Positions 27,374 to 38,900 of a DNA stretch of 64,000 nt are shown piece after piece. Made by a program: the position numbers and the translations under genes. The stretch's first letter is position 1. The number at the start of each line of letters is the position of its first letter. The notes below the pieces were generated by a model. That model worked only from the letters and a program-made list of their open reading frames with translations, had not been told where the DNA came from and did not search any database. This DNA comes from Hemiscyllium ocellatum (Eukaryota). Location of the stretch: positions 9,847,534 to 9,911,533 of the forward strand of contig NC_083409.1 of the NCBI RefSeq assembly GCF_020745735.1. The letters are read 5' to 3'.

Positions 27374-27702
27374 GCCGTGACAACTCTCAGCCCAAGCTGA
27401 CCCTGCTGCCTCCCTCCCTGGAGCAGGTCAATGCCAAGGGCACTGCCACCCTGGTGTGCCTTGCCAATCACTTCTATCCCGATGAGCTGGAGGTGCAGTG
27501 GAAGAAGGACGGTGCAGTCATTTCGGACGGGGTTCAGACCAGCAACTACCTGCGAGCTTCGGACAGCACCTACAGTGTCAGCAGCCTGCTGACCCTCTCT
27601 GGGTCTGACTGGGAGTCCAACGCTCGCTTCTCCTGTGCCCTCACCCACGTGACCCTCCCCTCTCCCCTCAGCAAGAGCATCAGGAGATCAGAATGTGTGT
27701 AG
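27374..27702 (+). CDS. IGKC: Ig kappa-type light chain constant exon
   Basis: Acceptor tctttcag| at 27373, phase 1 matching the J donor. (S)RDNSQPKLTLLPPS...LVCLANHFYPDELEVQWKKDG...TYSVSSLLTLSGSDWESNARFSCALTH...RSECV*. C1-set motifs and a penultimate Cys. Spliced CDS 49+324+329=702 nt (233 aa plus stop). Confidence 0.96.
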
Positions 27703-28232
27703 AGTGTTGGAGACAGTCCACAGAGGAGGCACAACTTTAAATAGAACAGGGCTGAGCTGGCAGGACAAAGGTCATTTTCAGCACTGAATTTCAACTCTCT
27801 TCCTTCTCAGGACTGGCTCAGAGAACCTTCTGAGGTTTGGATGTTAAAGCAGGTCATTGTGACAGTGTCAAGAGAGCTTTACGCTGTGTCAAACTCCATG
27901 CTGTACCTTGTCCTGGGAGTGTTTGATGGGGACATGGTTGACTTGTGATGCCAAGTAAAATCTCTTGAAGTTGCTGAAGACTGTCAGCTGTACAAAACAA
28001 TGTGGACCTCAGAATTCTCTGCTTCAGTAAACCAGATCTCCTTCCTGCTTAGCTGTCAGTTCCAATTTAAGGTTTGGTCACTGTTTAAAGGGACAGGATT
28101 ATCGTGTTATTGAGAAAATCTCCACAAGTGTTTTTCTCAAGCTCCAATGTGGCTGTGAATTTGTGCAGCTTCCTCTGTCTGGGCTGTTAATTGCAGTTGT
28201 TTTTTTTCTGTCAATGTAAATCTGGAAAAGGG

Positions 28233-28238
28233 AATAAA
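28233..28238 (+). terminator. Polyadenylation signal of the kappa transcript
   Basis: AATAAA about 530 nt after the C stop, followed by a GT-rich stretch. Conserved in the inverted paralogous 3'UTR at 38944-38949 (- strand). Confidence 0.75.
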
Positions 28239-28721
28239 GGTGAAGATTCAGTCTCTGTCTGGTGAATGCTTTGGAAATAGATGACCTCCCCCCACCTCAG
28301 TTGATTGGCTGCATTTCAGCAGGTCATTGTCAAGATTGGCTCATTGGCCTGTCAATCAATTACAATCATCAATCATTAATCATTCCAAAAATAACAGAAA
28401 CTGAAAGCTGTTAGGACTCAATAAGTACAATCTGATGCATTCCCTCTTCACTTTGTTGGTCCAGGCCCAGCTGATGGGATCGTACTGTGCAATCTCTGCT
28501 ACATGTTGGTAAGCTGCTGAAACAATCTCCTGCCATTCACCAACATTGTCGGCCTTATGTGTCTCTCTGAGCGTGAGTGTTTAATTTAATGTTGCCTGTA
28601 GGTCTCTGAGTGTGGGTGTGTTACTCAGTGAGACACCCACAGACAGCACTGAGCAACAACACCCACATTCGGAGACTCCTGCAGGGAGCATGGAGTGTGA
28701 GCAGTGCTGCTCTCTCTCTCA

Positions 28722-28850
28722 GTGTGAGTGTGTTACTTAGTGCAGCCTGTAGGTGTCTCTCTCAGTGTGAGTGTGTTACTCTGTGCTGCCTGTAGGTGTC
28801 TCTCTCAGTGTGAGTGTGTTACTCTGTGCTGCCTGTAGGTGTCTCTCTGA
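28722..28850 (+). repeat. 43-bp tandem repeat, 3 copies
   Basis: Unit GTGTGAGTGTGTTACTCTGTGCTGCCTGTAGGTGTCTCTCTCA starting at 28722, 28765 and 28808. Confidence 0.9.
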
Positions 28851-28944
28851 GGTCTGTGTCTCCGAGCGATGGATTGAGAATGGGCTTTGTGCTGGGGATT
28901 GAAGATTAGGCTTTAATCTTCTCAAATCATGAATGAAAAACAGT

Positions 28945-29960
28945 TCAGGCTTGTGCCCGAAACATCGAATTTCCTGTTCCTTGGATGCTGCCTGACCTGC
29001 TGCGCTTTAACCAGCCACACATTTACTACAAAGTCACAGATTTCCATATCTAACTGGAACACACCTCCTCCCATTCAGTATCCTGCAAGAACTCCATCCC
29101 ATTCTTCCAATTCCTCTGCCTCCGCCCCATCTGCTCAGATGAGGAGACCTTCCACTGACCATAGATGTCCACCTATTACGAACAACGTGCTTTTCCTCCT
29201 TCTGTCATCCAACGCACTCCTCCCTTTCCCACTCCACTGCTCTTAATCCAGCCCCCTCCAAACACAATTAAAACAGAGTCCCCATTGTCCTCACCTATGA
29301 GCCCACCAATCTCCGTATCCAAAACATCATCCTTAAACACTTCTGCTAACTCCAACTAGACCACACCACCAAATACATCTTCCTCTCCCCACCACTGAAT
29401 GCCTTCCATAAGGACCATTCTCTTTGACAATTCTTGGTTTGCGTCACTCTCCCACCTACCCTCCCAAATCCCAGGTACCTTCCCTGCTACTCAAAACGAT
29501 GCAAAGCCTGCTGGTACTCTAATCCCTCACCTCCATCCAGGGCCCCAAGCAGTCCTTCCAGGTGAGACAGAGATTCACCTGCCTCTCCTCCAACCTAATT
29601 CACTGCACCAGGTGCTCCCGATGTAGTCTTCTCTACATCGGGAAGACCAAACATAAACTTAGGGAATGGTTCACCGAGCATCTTAGCTGGGACCGGAGGG
29701 GCTGACTTGACCTCCCAGTCACTATCTATTTTAATTCCCCTTCTCACTCCCTTTCTGAAATGACCATCCTTGGCCCCCTCCATTGGCACAACAAACCAAA
29801 CTGCAAATTGGAGGAACAACACCCCATATTACGCCTGGGCGGCTGACAGCCCAGAGGACTCAACATTGAGTTCTTCAATTTCATATAACCACCCTTCCCA
29901 CTCCCCTGTCTCCCTTCCAAATCTCTCTCCCTCCCTTCCACTCCTTCCGCCAGCTACCGC
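28945..29960 (+). mobile_element. Penelope-like element fragment (Neptune-type)
   Basis: CKNSIPFFQFLCLRPICSDEET thumb motif and GIY-YIG remnant (YIGKTK...FTEH), homologous to 46970-47700. Confidence 0.8.
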
Positions 29961-30133
29961 ATTCATTCCTCTCATTGACCAACCAGGTCATAACCTCTAC
30001 CTGTCATCACCAATCCCCACTTCATCATCCTGTCCCTGCCACCCCCTTTATCTTAGCTCTCCCTACACCCACCCCCCCCCCCCCCCGCCCCCCATTATTG
30101 AAAAAGAGTTACACACCGAAATGTCAACTAAGG

Positions 30134-30755
30134 CGGCACGGTGGCTCAGTGGTTAGCACTGCTGCCTCACAGCACCAGGCACCTGGGTTCAATTCCCGCC
30201 AGTCTATGTGGAGTTTGCACATTCTCCCTGTATCTGCATGGGTTTCCTCCGAGTGCTCCAGTTTCCTCCCATAATCCAAAAATGTGCAGGTCAGGTGAAT
30301 TGGCTGTGCTAAACTGCCCACAGTGTTAGTCAGGGGTAAATGTTGGGTAGAGGAATGGGTTTGGGTGGGTTGCTCTTCGGAGAGGTGGTGGAGACTTGTT
30401 GGGCTGAAGGGCCTGTTTCCACACTGTAGAGAAGGGGGCAGCACGGTGGCTCAGTGGTTAGCACTGCTGCCTCACAGCACCAGGGGCCCAGGTTTGATTC
30501 CAGCCTTGGACGACTGGCTGTGTGGATTTTGCACATTCTCCCTGTGTCTGCATGGGTTTTCTCTGGGTGCTTTGGTTTCCTCCCACAGTCCAAAGATGTG
30601 CAGATCAGGTGAATTGGCCAAGATAAATTGCCCATCGTGTTAGGTGCATTATCCAGAGGGGAAATGGGTCTGTGTGGGTTACTGTTTGGGGTCAGTGTGG
30701 ACTGGTTGGGCTGAAGGGCCTGTTTCCATACTGTCGGGAATCTAATCTAATCTAC
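30134..30755 (+). mobile_element. Two head-to-tail HE1/V-SINE-type tRNA-derived SINEs
   Basis: Each begins GGC(A/G)GCACGGTGGCTCAGTGGTTAGCACTGCTGCCTCACAGC (A box) with a B-box-like GGTT(C/T)(A/G)ATTCC, and ends in a CR1-like tail (GAAGGGCCTGTTTCC). The second ends in (TCTAA)n. Confidence 0.88.
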
Positions 30756-31803
30756 TCCGCTGCCTGGCTTGCTGTGTTCCTCCAGCCTCCTCCCTGTCTA
30801 CATTGAATGTAAACAGCAGGAAAGGGCTGAACAATCAAGTATCAGGGCCATAAACAAATGGGACATGAAACAGATAGATGCATTGAGGTGGTCATTCACA
30901 AAGAGAAAACCAAACTGGAAATGAAACATTCAGACACAGTGGATCGAATTTAATATCAGAAAATGTGAGACTATGCACTTTGGTCAGAATAATCTAAAGG
31001 CCGACTATTATTTAAATTGTGAGAGATTCCAACAAAGTGCAGGACAGAGTGATCTGGGTGTTCTTGTGCATGGGACACTGAAAGTTAGTGCAGGTACAGC
31101 AAGGAATTGAGAAGGCAAATGGAATTTTCACCTTTATTGCTGGGGGTTGGAATTTAAAAGTAGAGAAGTCTTGTTAAAACTGTACAGTGTGTTAGTGAGC
31201 CTGCATTTGGATTATTGTGTGCAATTTTGGTCCCTGTATTTAAGAAAAGATGGACAGCCATTGGAGTCTCCCTCCTGCTCCTATTTCTCATGTCTTTGTG
31301 TGCTCCAGTGTCCTTCCCTCACAGCAGAGCTGGTTGGAGCCTGCCTGCAGTAACAGCCTCCAGTCTCTGGGTGGTGCTGCCAAATGATCTGCCTTGCCCA
31401 GGCTGTCACAGTTCCCACGTTACAACAATATCAGAAGTATTCCATTGGCTGCAAAACATTTTCAAACATCTTATGTTCAAGGACAGTATAACAGAAACAT
31501 AATTCTCTCTCTCTTTATATTTTATCTCCATGCCTTCCCATCTATTACCTAACAACATTCTACACTTGAGTCAAGTCCAGAATTAATCATGAATCTCTGG
31601 GAGAGCTTAATCTATGACAACACTGGGATTAATGACCACTTCCTCAGTGGGCTTTGTGGGCGAAGGTCAATAGCAGTCTCATTGTGACTTGATCTGAGTT
31701 GGTCTGAGTCAGTCAGTGTTATTGTTCTGGGTAGAGACAGTACAGACCAACCTCAGACACTGTGATCTGATTGAGATGAAGGGTTAGCTGTGCAGGGCTT
31801 TCA

Positions 31804-31840
31804 CACCTGGCTCACACACATAGTGAAGCAGGGATTCCCC
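31804..31840 (+). promoter_or_regulatory. Candidate enhancer motifs: E-box and NF-kB site
   Basis: CACCTG 31804-31809 and GGGATTCCCC 31831-31840 (fits GGGRNWYYCC), in apparently non-repeat DNA 3' of C. Motif match only. Confidence 0.35.
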
Positions 31841-33139
31841 ATTTTGCGAGAGTAAATGGAACTAACAAACTGGGTAGGCGTGACACCCCCACGCTGTCCC
31901 CAAGAGAGTGGGGACAGGAACAGTAATGTTCTCAGAGAGAAAGGATGGTAAAAATGGTACCCCACAGAGAGAGAGAGAGGACAGGAAGCATGACACTCCC
32001 CAGAGACAGGCAAACAGTATCTGTCTGCTCCCCACTTTCTTGTTGTGACATATGTCGTTGGGAAATGGGTTTGGTTTATATTTTCTCAATTGTATTTAGG
32101 TTTGATGAGGTGATTTGGTAACAATGATTCCAATTCCATATTTTGTGTGGCAGCAGATCTACTGAAGGTCATCCTTTCATTTGGAGGTTGCCCAGGTTTC
32201 TGTCCAGGCTGATGCAGTATGGTCTACCAGTGCTGCCCCTATTGGGCTAAACCATCACACACGAGGGAATCTGACAGACACCTTCTCTTTGTGCTGGCAA
32301 AGGGAAAGATTTGTTTATACTGTAATTGCGGCCAAAGAAATTAGTTAGTGGATGTAATTCCAGCTGAATATAATGTTCTGATATTCATGATGGGATTAAT
32401 CACGACAGTTCCCACTTGCCTTTACACTGATGCTGGAACAGGAAGTCACCATGCAGTGATCTCCTGGCTCACACTGAGAAACCAAGTTGATGGTATAACT
32501 GCAGAGAGCAAGACAATGGCTTGGACTCACCGAACAACCAGAGGCTTCACCCAACAACTGGGTCACAGGCAAATGGAGTGTAGTGTAAACGCTCAGTATC
32601 TCAGGGAATTTGCACAACTACTGAGTTACAAAACTGAACAGGACTTTTTATGAAAATTGGCATTCCAAAAACAATACATGTAAAAATTGAGTGCAGTCTC
32701 ATTACAAAGACTACATCATTTTCATTGAAAGCTGGACGATAATGAGATGAGAATTCAAACAACCACCCACTCCATCACACGGTGTTCTCATCATAACACA
32801 TTTGAAAGCCTCTTAAAACATGGAAGGAGAGGGAAACATTGCAAACTATATTACCATGAGTGAGGATCCATTAAAAACTAGGATCATGAGGTTAAATGCT
32901 CCCAGCCATAAACAACACTGATGCATTCACATCATTAGTTTGTTAAATGATGTTAAAAAGTTTGCCAACCACTTTCATGAAGAAGGAATATTTAAATCTC
33001 AAGAGGCATTGATGACTTTTTTTCAGGATTATAGCAAGGAAGCAGCAGCTGACATATGAACTTCAACAAACTAATGATAACAGGCACTGAATACAGAGCA
33101 GGCCCCTGAGAGAGAGAGAAAAATCAACAGCAGAGATCA

Positions 33140-36100
33140 GTCCAGTGCTGGGAGCATTTTAGACAAGACACCTTGTTGCCAGCAAGTTACTGCAGCTTGA
33201 AAACTCCAGTACGGTCAGAAAGAGAAAAAGGACAATGTGCAGATTGTTGAACAGGCCCCTACACCTGGGCCTGAGGCAGGAGCCCAAGCTCCAGCACACT
33301 GGCCTCACTTCACACCAACCTTCACACAGTGCGGGGTCATGAACTCCGGCCATCAATCCCTCTGGGACCGGGATGGAGTGAGGGAAAAGGGACAATTGTA
33401 GAAGAGTCAATAAGGAGTAAAGCAAGATGGAGAGAGTGTGTTGGAAAGGGGTTAGAGGAGGAAATATACTTTGTGCCATTCAGTACTGACATCATCTACG
33501 TGTATCACAGAATGAACAAACAAAAGTCACACCGAAGTACTTTTCTTATCATAGGGGACATTTTCCTTGTAGTGTGGTAAGTACCCTGCTTCTGAAGCTG
33601 TACACTCTCTCTATGGGTCTCTCCAGATTGAGCCTGATCGCTCCAAGCAAGGCCCCAGTTTATTTTTCCTGATCAGGGACAGTGAAGCAGCTGCCCTCTA
33701 GTGGCGAGAGAGCGCTTGCACGGCTGCTGAGGATTATGGGTAAAGTCCCCTTCCATTCGCGCCCACACACACCAGCAGCCACTTCAGCTGCTTTATTGAA
33801 AACCACAAGCTTTCAAGGCGCTGTTCTTTCAACGGTGGAACTGGACGCACGGTCATACGAATTAGGGACAAATGAAGGAGATTCATCCTCTTCAGCCTGC
33901 TCCCCATGGCTGACCTGATTATTCACCTTCTTACCTTACTCTGACAGATTTTTGATCAGCAATGACTGTCTACTTCTTCACTACAAGAATTCAGACGTTT
34001 CAATTTCAATTCCAAAGACCTATGACCTTTGTAAGAAATCAAAACCCTGCTCATCTAGGTCTTAAATGAGGGAACTTATTTTAGTTTTATATTCTCCCTG
34101 AAAAGGAAGCATTCTTTTCACATCCACGCTGTATTCTATGCTCTTGTTGATATGACATCTGCTTTAATCAGCTGCTCTCCCATGAGAACAGCTGCCCATC
34201 CTGCCACCTTCAATGACTGATGCACAGAAACATCCAGGTCCTACTGCCCCTACACCCACCCATACTTGTACCCTTTAGTTTGTTTTGTCTCTCCACCTTT
34301 TCCTTCCAAAATGAATCAGTGACATCTCTTTCTATTAAATTCTACCTGCGACCATTTGTTCATTCCATTATCTATACCCTTTTTGAAGTTCCACACTATC
34401 TTTTTCATGAGTCGCAGTAGATCCAAGTTTCATACCATCAGCAAATTTTGAAACCATGCCTTGTGCACTCAGATTTAAATATTTTAAATAATTTTTAGAA
34501 TGAACTATTTTATAAACTATTTTAAATCAAGCCTCAAATTTATTGCCCATCTCCAGTTGCTCGGACTGAGTTCTGAGCCAGATCATGGGGCCGTTAAGAA
34601 TGAATCGCGTCACTGTGTGGGACTGGAGTCACAGACCGGGTGATGACTGGGTCCCCTTGTCCAAACTACATTCATGAACATGACATTGAGTTTCTTGGGT
34701 TTTTTTGTTCAGACCCCAGCGCCTTCCTTCCCAGATGTTACACGGCTCACCAATGCCCTCTCCAGGACAATTAGGGAAGTGCAACAAATAGCAGCCATTT
34801 TTGTGCCCGCCCATCCCAGGAGAAATCAAAATAAATGAGATACACTTCAAATGATCAAACTGGTGAGGCTTGAATTCATCTCTTTGAAAAACTGGAGCCT
34901 CGGCGAGAAATACAGCCATGACATGGGTGAACCTGGTTTGTCAGACTGAAAGGTGGAGTGTCCTTTGGATTGAAACTGGGATCAGACACAAAATGAATTA
35001 CACTCAAATAGCGAATAAACATCTATCAAAGCGGGTCACCGAAGTGCAAAGAGCAGCAATTTATCTGGGAGACCTCAACAGGTATCAGTGGGTGTAAGTG
35101 CTTTCGGCAGGCAAGTGTCAGATATTGTAGAACACACCAGAAACACAGTCACACAGAAAGGGAAGCTATTGGGATAGAGCAGGGAAACAGGAATAACTGA
35201 ATTTCTCCACTGAGAGCTGGAAGAGGTTTTCTCGGTTGTAACTCCTCTGAGAATGATAAAGCTTGAAGGGCTGTTTATTTTATAGACAATACTGCAGCGC
35301 GCAAGAAAGGATGGGGAGTGACAGATCTCCTCTAAATTGGAAACAATATCAGAAATAAAGGTCAATGTGATTTTGGATTGAATATTGAGAGTAAGGAGAT
35401 GGAGGGGAGAGTGACCATGGCAGCTGTCCTGAAGAATGGTTTGGTCATGGCTAGAATGGTGCACAGTTAGAGGCTGCTTTGAGGGACAATACATAGTGGG
35501 ACATGGACAGGGGATCTAGGGTCACCAGAGATGTGCAGGATAGCAAATGGAAAATGCCATGGAAAATGCAGGATTACAGGGATAGGTCGGGTAGGTGTGG
35601 GTCGGAGTGGGGTGACCTTCAAAGGGTCTGTATGAGCTTGCTGGACTGTGAGGCCTGCTTCCACTCTGTAGGAATTCCTCGATTCTGTGATTCTATGAAG
35701 GCCAGAACAGGATCTCAACAGTGGAGGGAGGGTATTCTGATGTTCAAAAATTCTCAAACAAATAAACACAGTAAATGTAGATTTATCGTCACTGCAGACA
35801 AACTGAAAGGCAAAATGACTTATTCTCCAGTCATGTACTAGGTACAGAAAATAGATCAGGAAAAATATTTTGATGCAATTATTGGAACTTAATGATGAAT
35901 AATGATAAACAGAGTGCTCCATTCAAAAAAAGACAGAATTGCTTTTTAGAATTTCAACAGGCCTGAAGCAAAAGAGGAAATCAGGATCAAAGTCATTTGA
36001 GAATATAATACTTGAGTGAGACAAAGCTCTCCTTGTGAAAGCATTTCATTTTGCCTTGCTTTCTCTCCATGGATGCTGCCTGACCCGCTGGGATCTCCAG

Positions 36101-36215
36101 AGTTTTGCTGTGCGATTTCTTACAAAATGTCTTGTTGTGTGAAAGACAAAAGCTTTGACAAAATGTCTCTTTTTTTCAGCAACACTTGAATTTGGATCAG
36201 TTTGGAGAGAAAGCA
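33140..36215 (+). repeat. Left arm of an old inverted segmental duplication (partner 41500-43975)
   Basis: Collinear reverse-complement matches seen by eye: 33150-33560/43540-43970, 34520-34900/42950-43320, 35070-35500/42400-42790, 35700-35820/42230-42330, 35850-36215/41500-41920. Confidence 0.85.
33691..33706 (-). promoter_or_regulatory. CTCF-like binding site about 6 kb 3' of C-kappa
   Basis: The - strand reads CGCCACTAGAGGGCAG, matching the CTCF core CCASYAGRKGGCRS. An upstream TGCAAGCGC resembles the CTCF U-motif, and the local sequence is CpG-rich. Confidence 0.6.
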
Positions 36216-36509
36216 GGGCCATGGAATCATCTTTCCCTGCAGGGAGGGAGGGAGTGTGTGTGGAATCTCCCATGGGCAGGGTTCTCCTGGCTGCCACCAC
36301 ATCAGGAAGGCTGGAGCTTGATGATCGAGCTGAATGGACAGGGCTCACTCTCACAGTCCTCAGGGCCATGGAGCCTCTTGTGATGGGAGCATCTGCTTGG
36401 TGTCGAGGGCAGACAATGACATTGCAGTGGGATTAGAAATGGGGCAACTCGACAATGGATGCTGCACAATGGCTGCACTGACTCTTCCTCTCTGCCTGAT
36501 CCTTCCCCA

Positions 36510-37290
36510 CACAAAGGAGAAGTTGCATTAGGAACCTGTTCTAAAGGGCTACAACCCACTGCAGCACTCCCGACCTGCAAAGAGAAGAACACTTCTACAA
36601 AGACTTTGCCAAGAACAGATATTCCCGCAACTTCATCCACAGATGCATAACAGACAAACAACGCGATGAGGGTATGCCACGACCTAACTCACTAGCCACA
36701 CTACCTTATATAAAAACATCGCAGTACTCCAACCACTCATAAACTGCCCAGAAACTGACAGCGACGCTCAGACAACCCACGAGAACAAAAGGCCCATACC
36801 TACCGTGTGAAAGACAGATGTAATTTACAAGAATCCATGCAACGTTTGCACAAAACACCTCGGACAAACAGGCAGACAACTAGCCATGCACGTCCATGAA
36901 CACCAATGAGCCACTAAACCCCATGAGCAGCTGTCCCGAGTAGCTATACACACAGATGACAAGGACCACAAATTCAACTGGACCAACACTATGATCATAG
37001 GACAAGCTCAACAGAGGACAGCCAGAGAATTTCTAGAGGCATGACACTTATCCATGGGATCCATCAATAAACACATTGACCTCGACCCAGTATACCAACC
37101 ACTGCAACGAACATCAGGAACCAATAACTGTAAACAGCAGGAATGGAACCAAATAAGTTCCAGAAGACACAGCACAACAGCACTTCACAGGAAGCTCCAA
37201 AGCTCTGAAGATGTCACCGAGACAGGGGACAAAATGTTTACAAATCAACTTCCCAGCTCGGTGAGCATACCCACATCTACAGCAAAGGGG
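36510..37290 (+). mobile_element. Penelope-like element fragment, same family as 45.2-46.0 kb
   Basis: RT-thumb remnant (HKRSCIRNLF...), GIY-YIG remnant, and 3' end homologous to 45700-46000. Confidence 0.8.
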
Positions 37291-38900
37291 GGGGGTTTTC
37301 CTGTCCTACAGTGCGCTCCAAATCCTTACCTACCCTCCTCATTGTCATACCCTCCTGCCCCTTCCTACACATGGAATGGGACAGCCTGGTCCTGAGGATT
37401 ATAACATCCTTCTGGGACAAGGTCTCCAGGTATCTCTGCACGTCCCTGATGTGTCACCAATACTTTCAACTCAACCTCCAGTCCAAACACTCTGTGTGGG
37501 AGTTGTTGTAGATTTATACATTCACTACAGATGTATTTAACCTGAGTCACTTTAACTCAATAAAGAAATGTTGATCCCATTTACAAATGAAAGATACCCA
37601 TTCCTCTATTAAACCAGTAATTGTCTTCAGTATCTGAATTAAAGTTTTAGTGCTTTCCATTTATTGACCTTCCCGAATGGGGGTGTCCCGAAGCAGTACA
37701 AGACGACATGAGGATATAGACGGGCTGGGAGGGTCAGATGGGCTGATCAGTAACAAGTGGAATTCATTCAGATAAATGTGAGTCAGTGGACTGAGCTCCC
37801 CCTGACCATGTGAGTGAGGTGAGGGCAGAGTGACAGCACTTGACATCAAGGCCTGAGCAATGCAGCAGTTTTTCACCTGCTATTCCAAGGAAGGGATCAA
37901 CATCGGGATCCCTCCAAGCAACTCCTGGGAGTTCTGTCATCCCAAAGGGACACGTCCTCCTCTTCAGTTCCCACAACCAGCAGCAAGTCAGCCACACACT
38001 GTGCAAACTGTTTGGGGGAGCTGACCTGAACTCTCACAGCCCTGTGCCATGCTCTGCTGGAAGATGGAGGGACTATTGGGGAGTCCTTGGGGCAGACAGC
38101 TCCATCAATATTGTTGGTCTTTAAACAAGATGGTGAACCTGTCCTGGTCCTCAGCCCTCCCTGACCCGATATGGACCAGAACATGTTCAAAATGACCAAC
38201 TGTGTAATGCCCCACTGCCAGTCCGACAGCAATGAGCCAATCTGCTCTGAACACTCCCTGAGTGAGCTCACTCCATTATGTTCAGATACACTGCTATTGA
38301 GTGCCCAGGGAGCCCACCCTTCCACTCTCTGGTTTTGATAACCCTCCCATCACAGAGTCCCCCCGTGAACCCCTTCAGTTCGTTCTCCACTGGAGGGGGC
38401 TGGTCTCAGTGGTTTTGATGGATGCATCTGTGGGTGAGATATAATGATATATAACTCAATATGTTCCCTATTCCCCACCCACACACGTATGGACACAGGC
38501 TCTTCTCCATTCATCGTACACCATCAGACACAGGTATTCAGGATGGGTACTGCCCCTTCAGAGCACCACCATGGTGGATGGAGGGTTATGGAGAGAAAGG
38601 TTCCCTCCCCACTCTGGGTTTGGACCTTCCCCATCTACACTCTGAGTTCAGCTCACTCTCAACATGATTCTTCAATCTTTCTGAACTCCAACACACCTTC
38701 CTTCTTTCCTCCATTTATTGGGGATGATTTTCTCAGGGCCCTGCATTCCTGCTGAAAGTGCCCCTTCTGTCCCTAACTGTAGTATTGCCCTCCTGCTCCC
38801 GGGACCCCATTGCCCTCTCTATTCTCCCCCTCGTGTCCCGTGCCTTGAGGGTGGAGGTTAACACTTCACACACCCTTTCCCTGAGGCTTCAGCTCAGGCC

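Noticed and set aside
37830-38860. Several 70-140 aa ORFs in apparently unique DNA
   Set aside because: No recognisable domain, stops in all frames and no clear exon boundaries.
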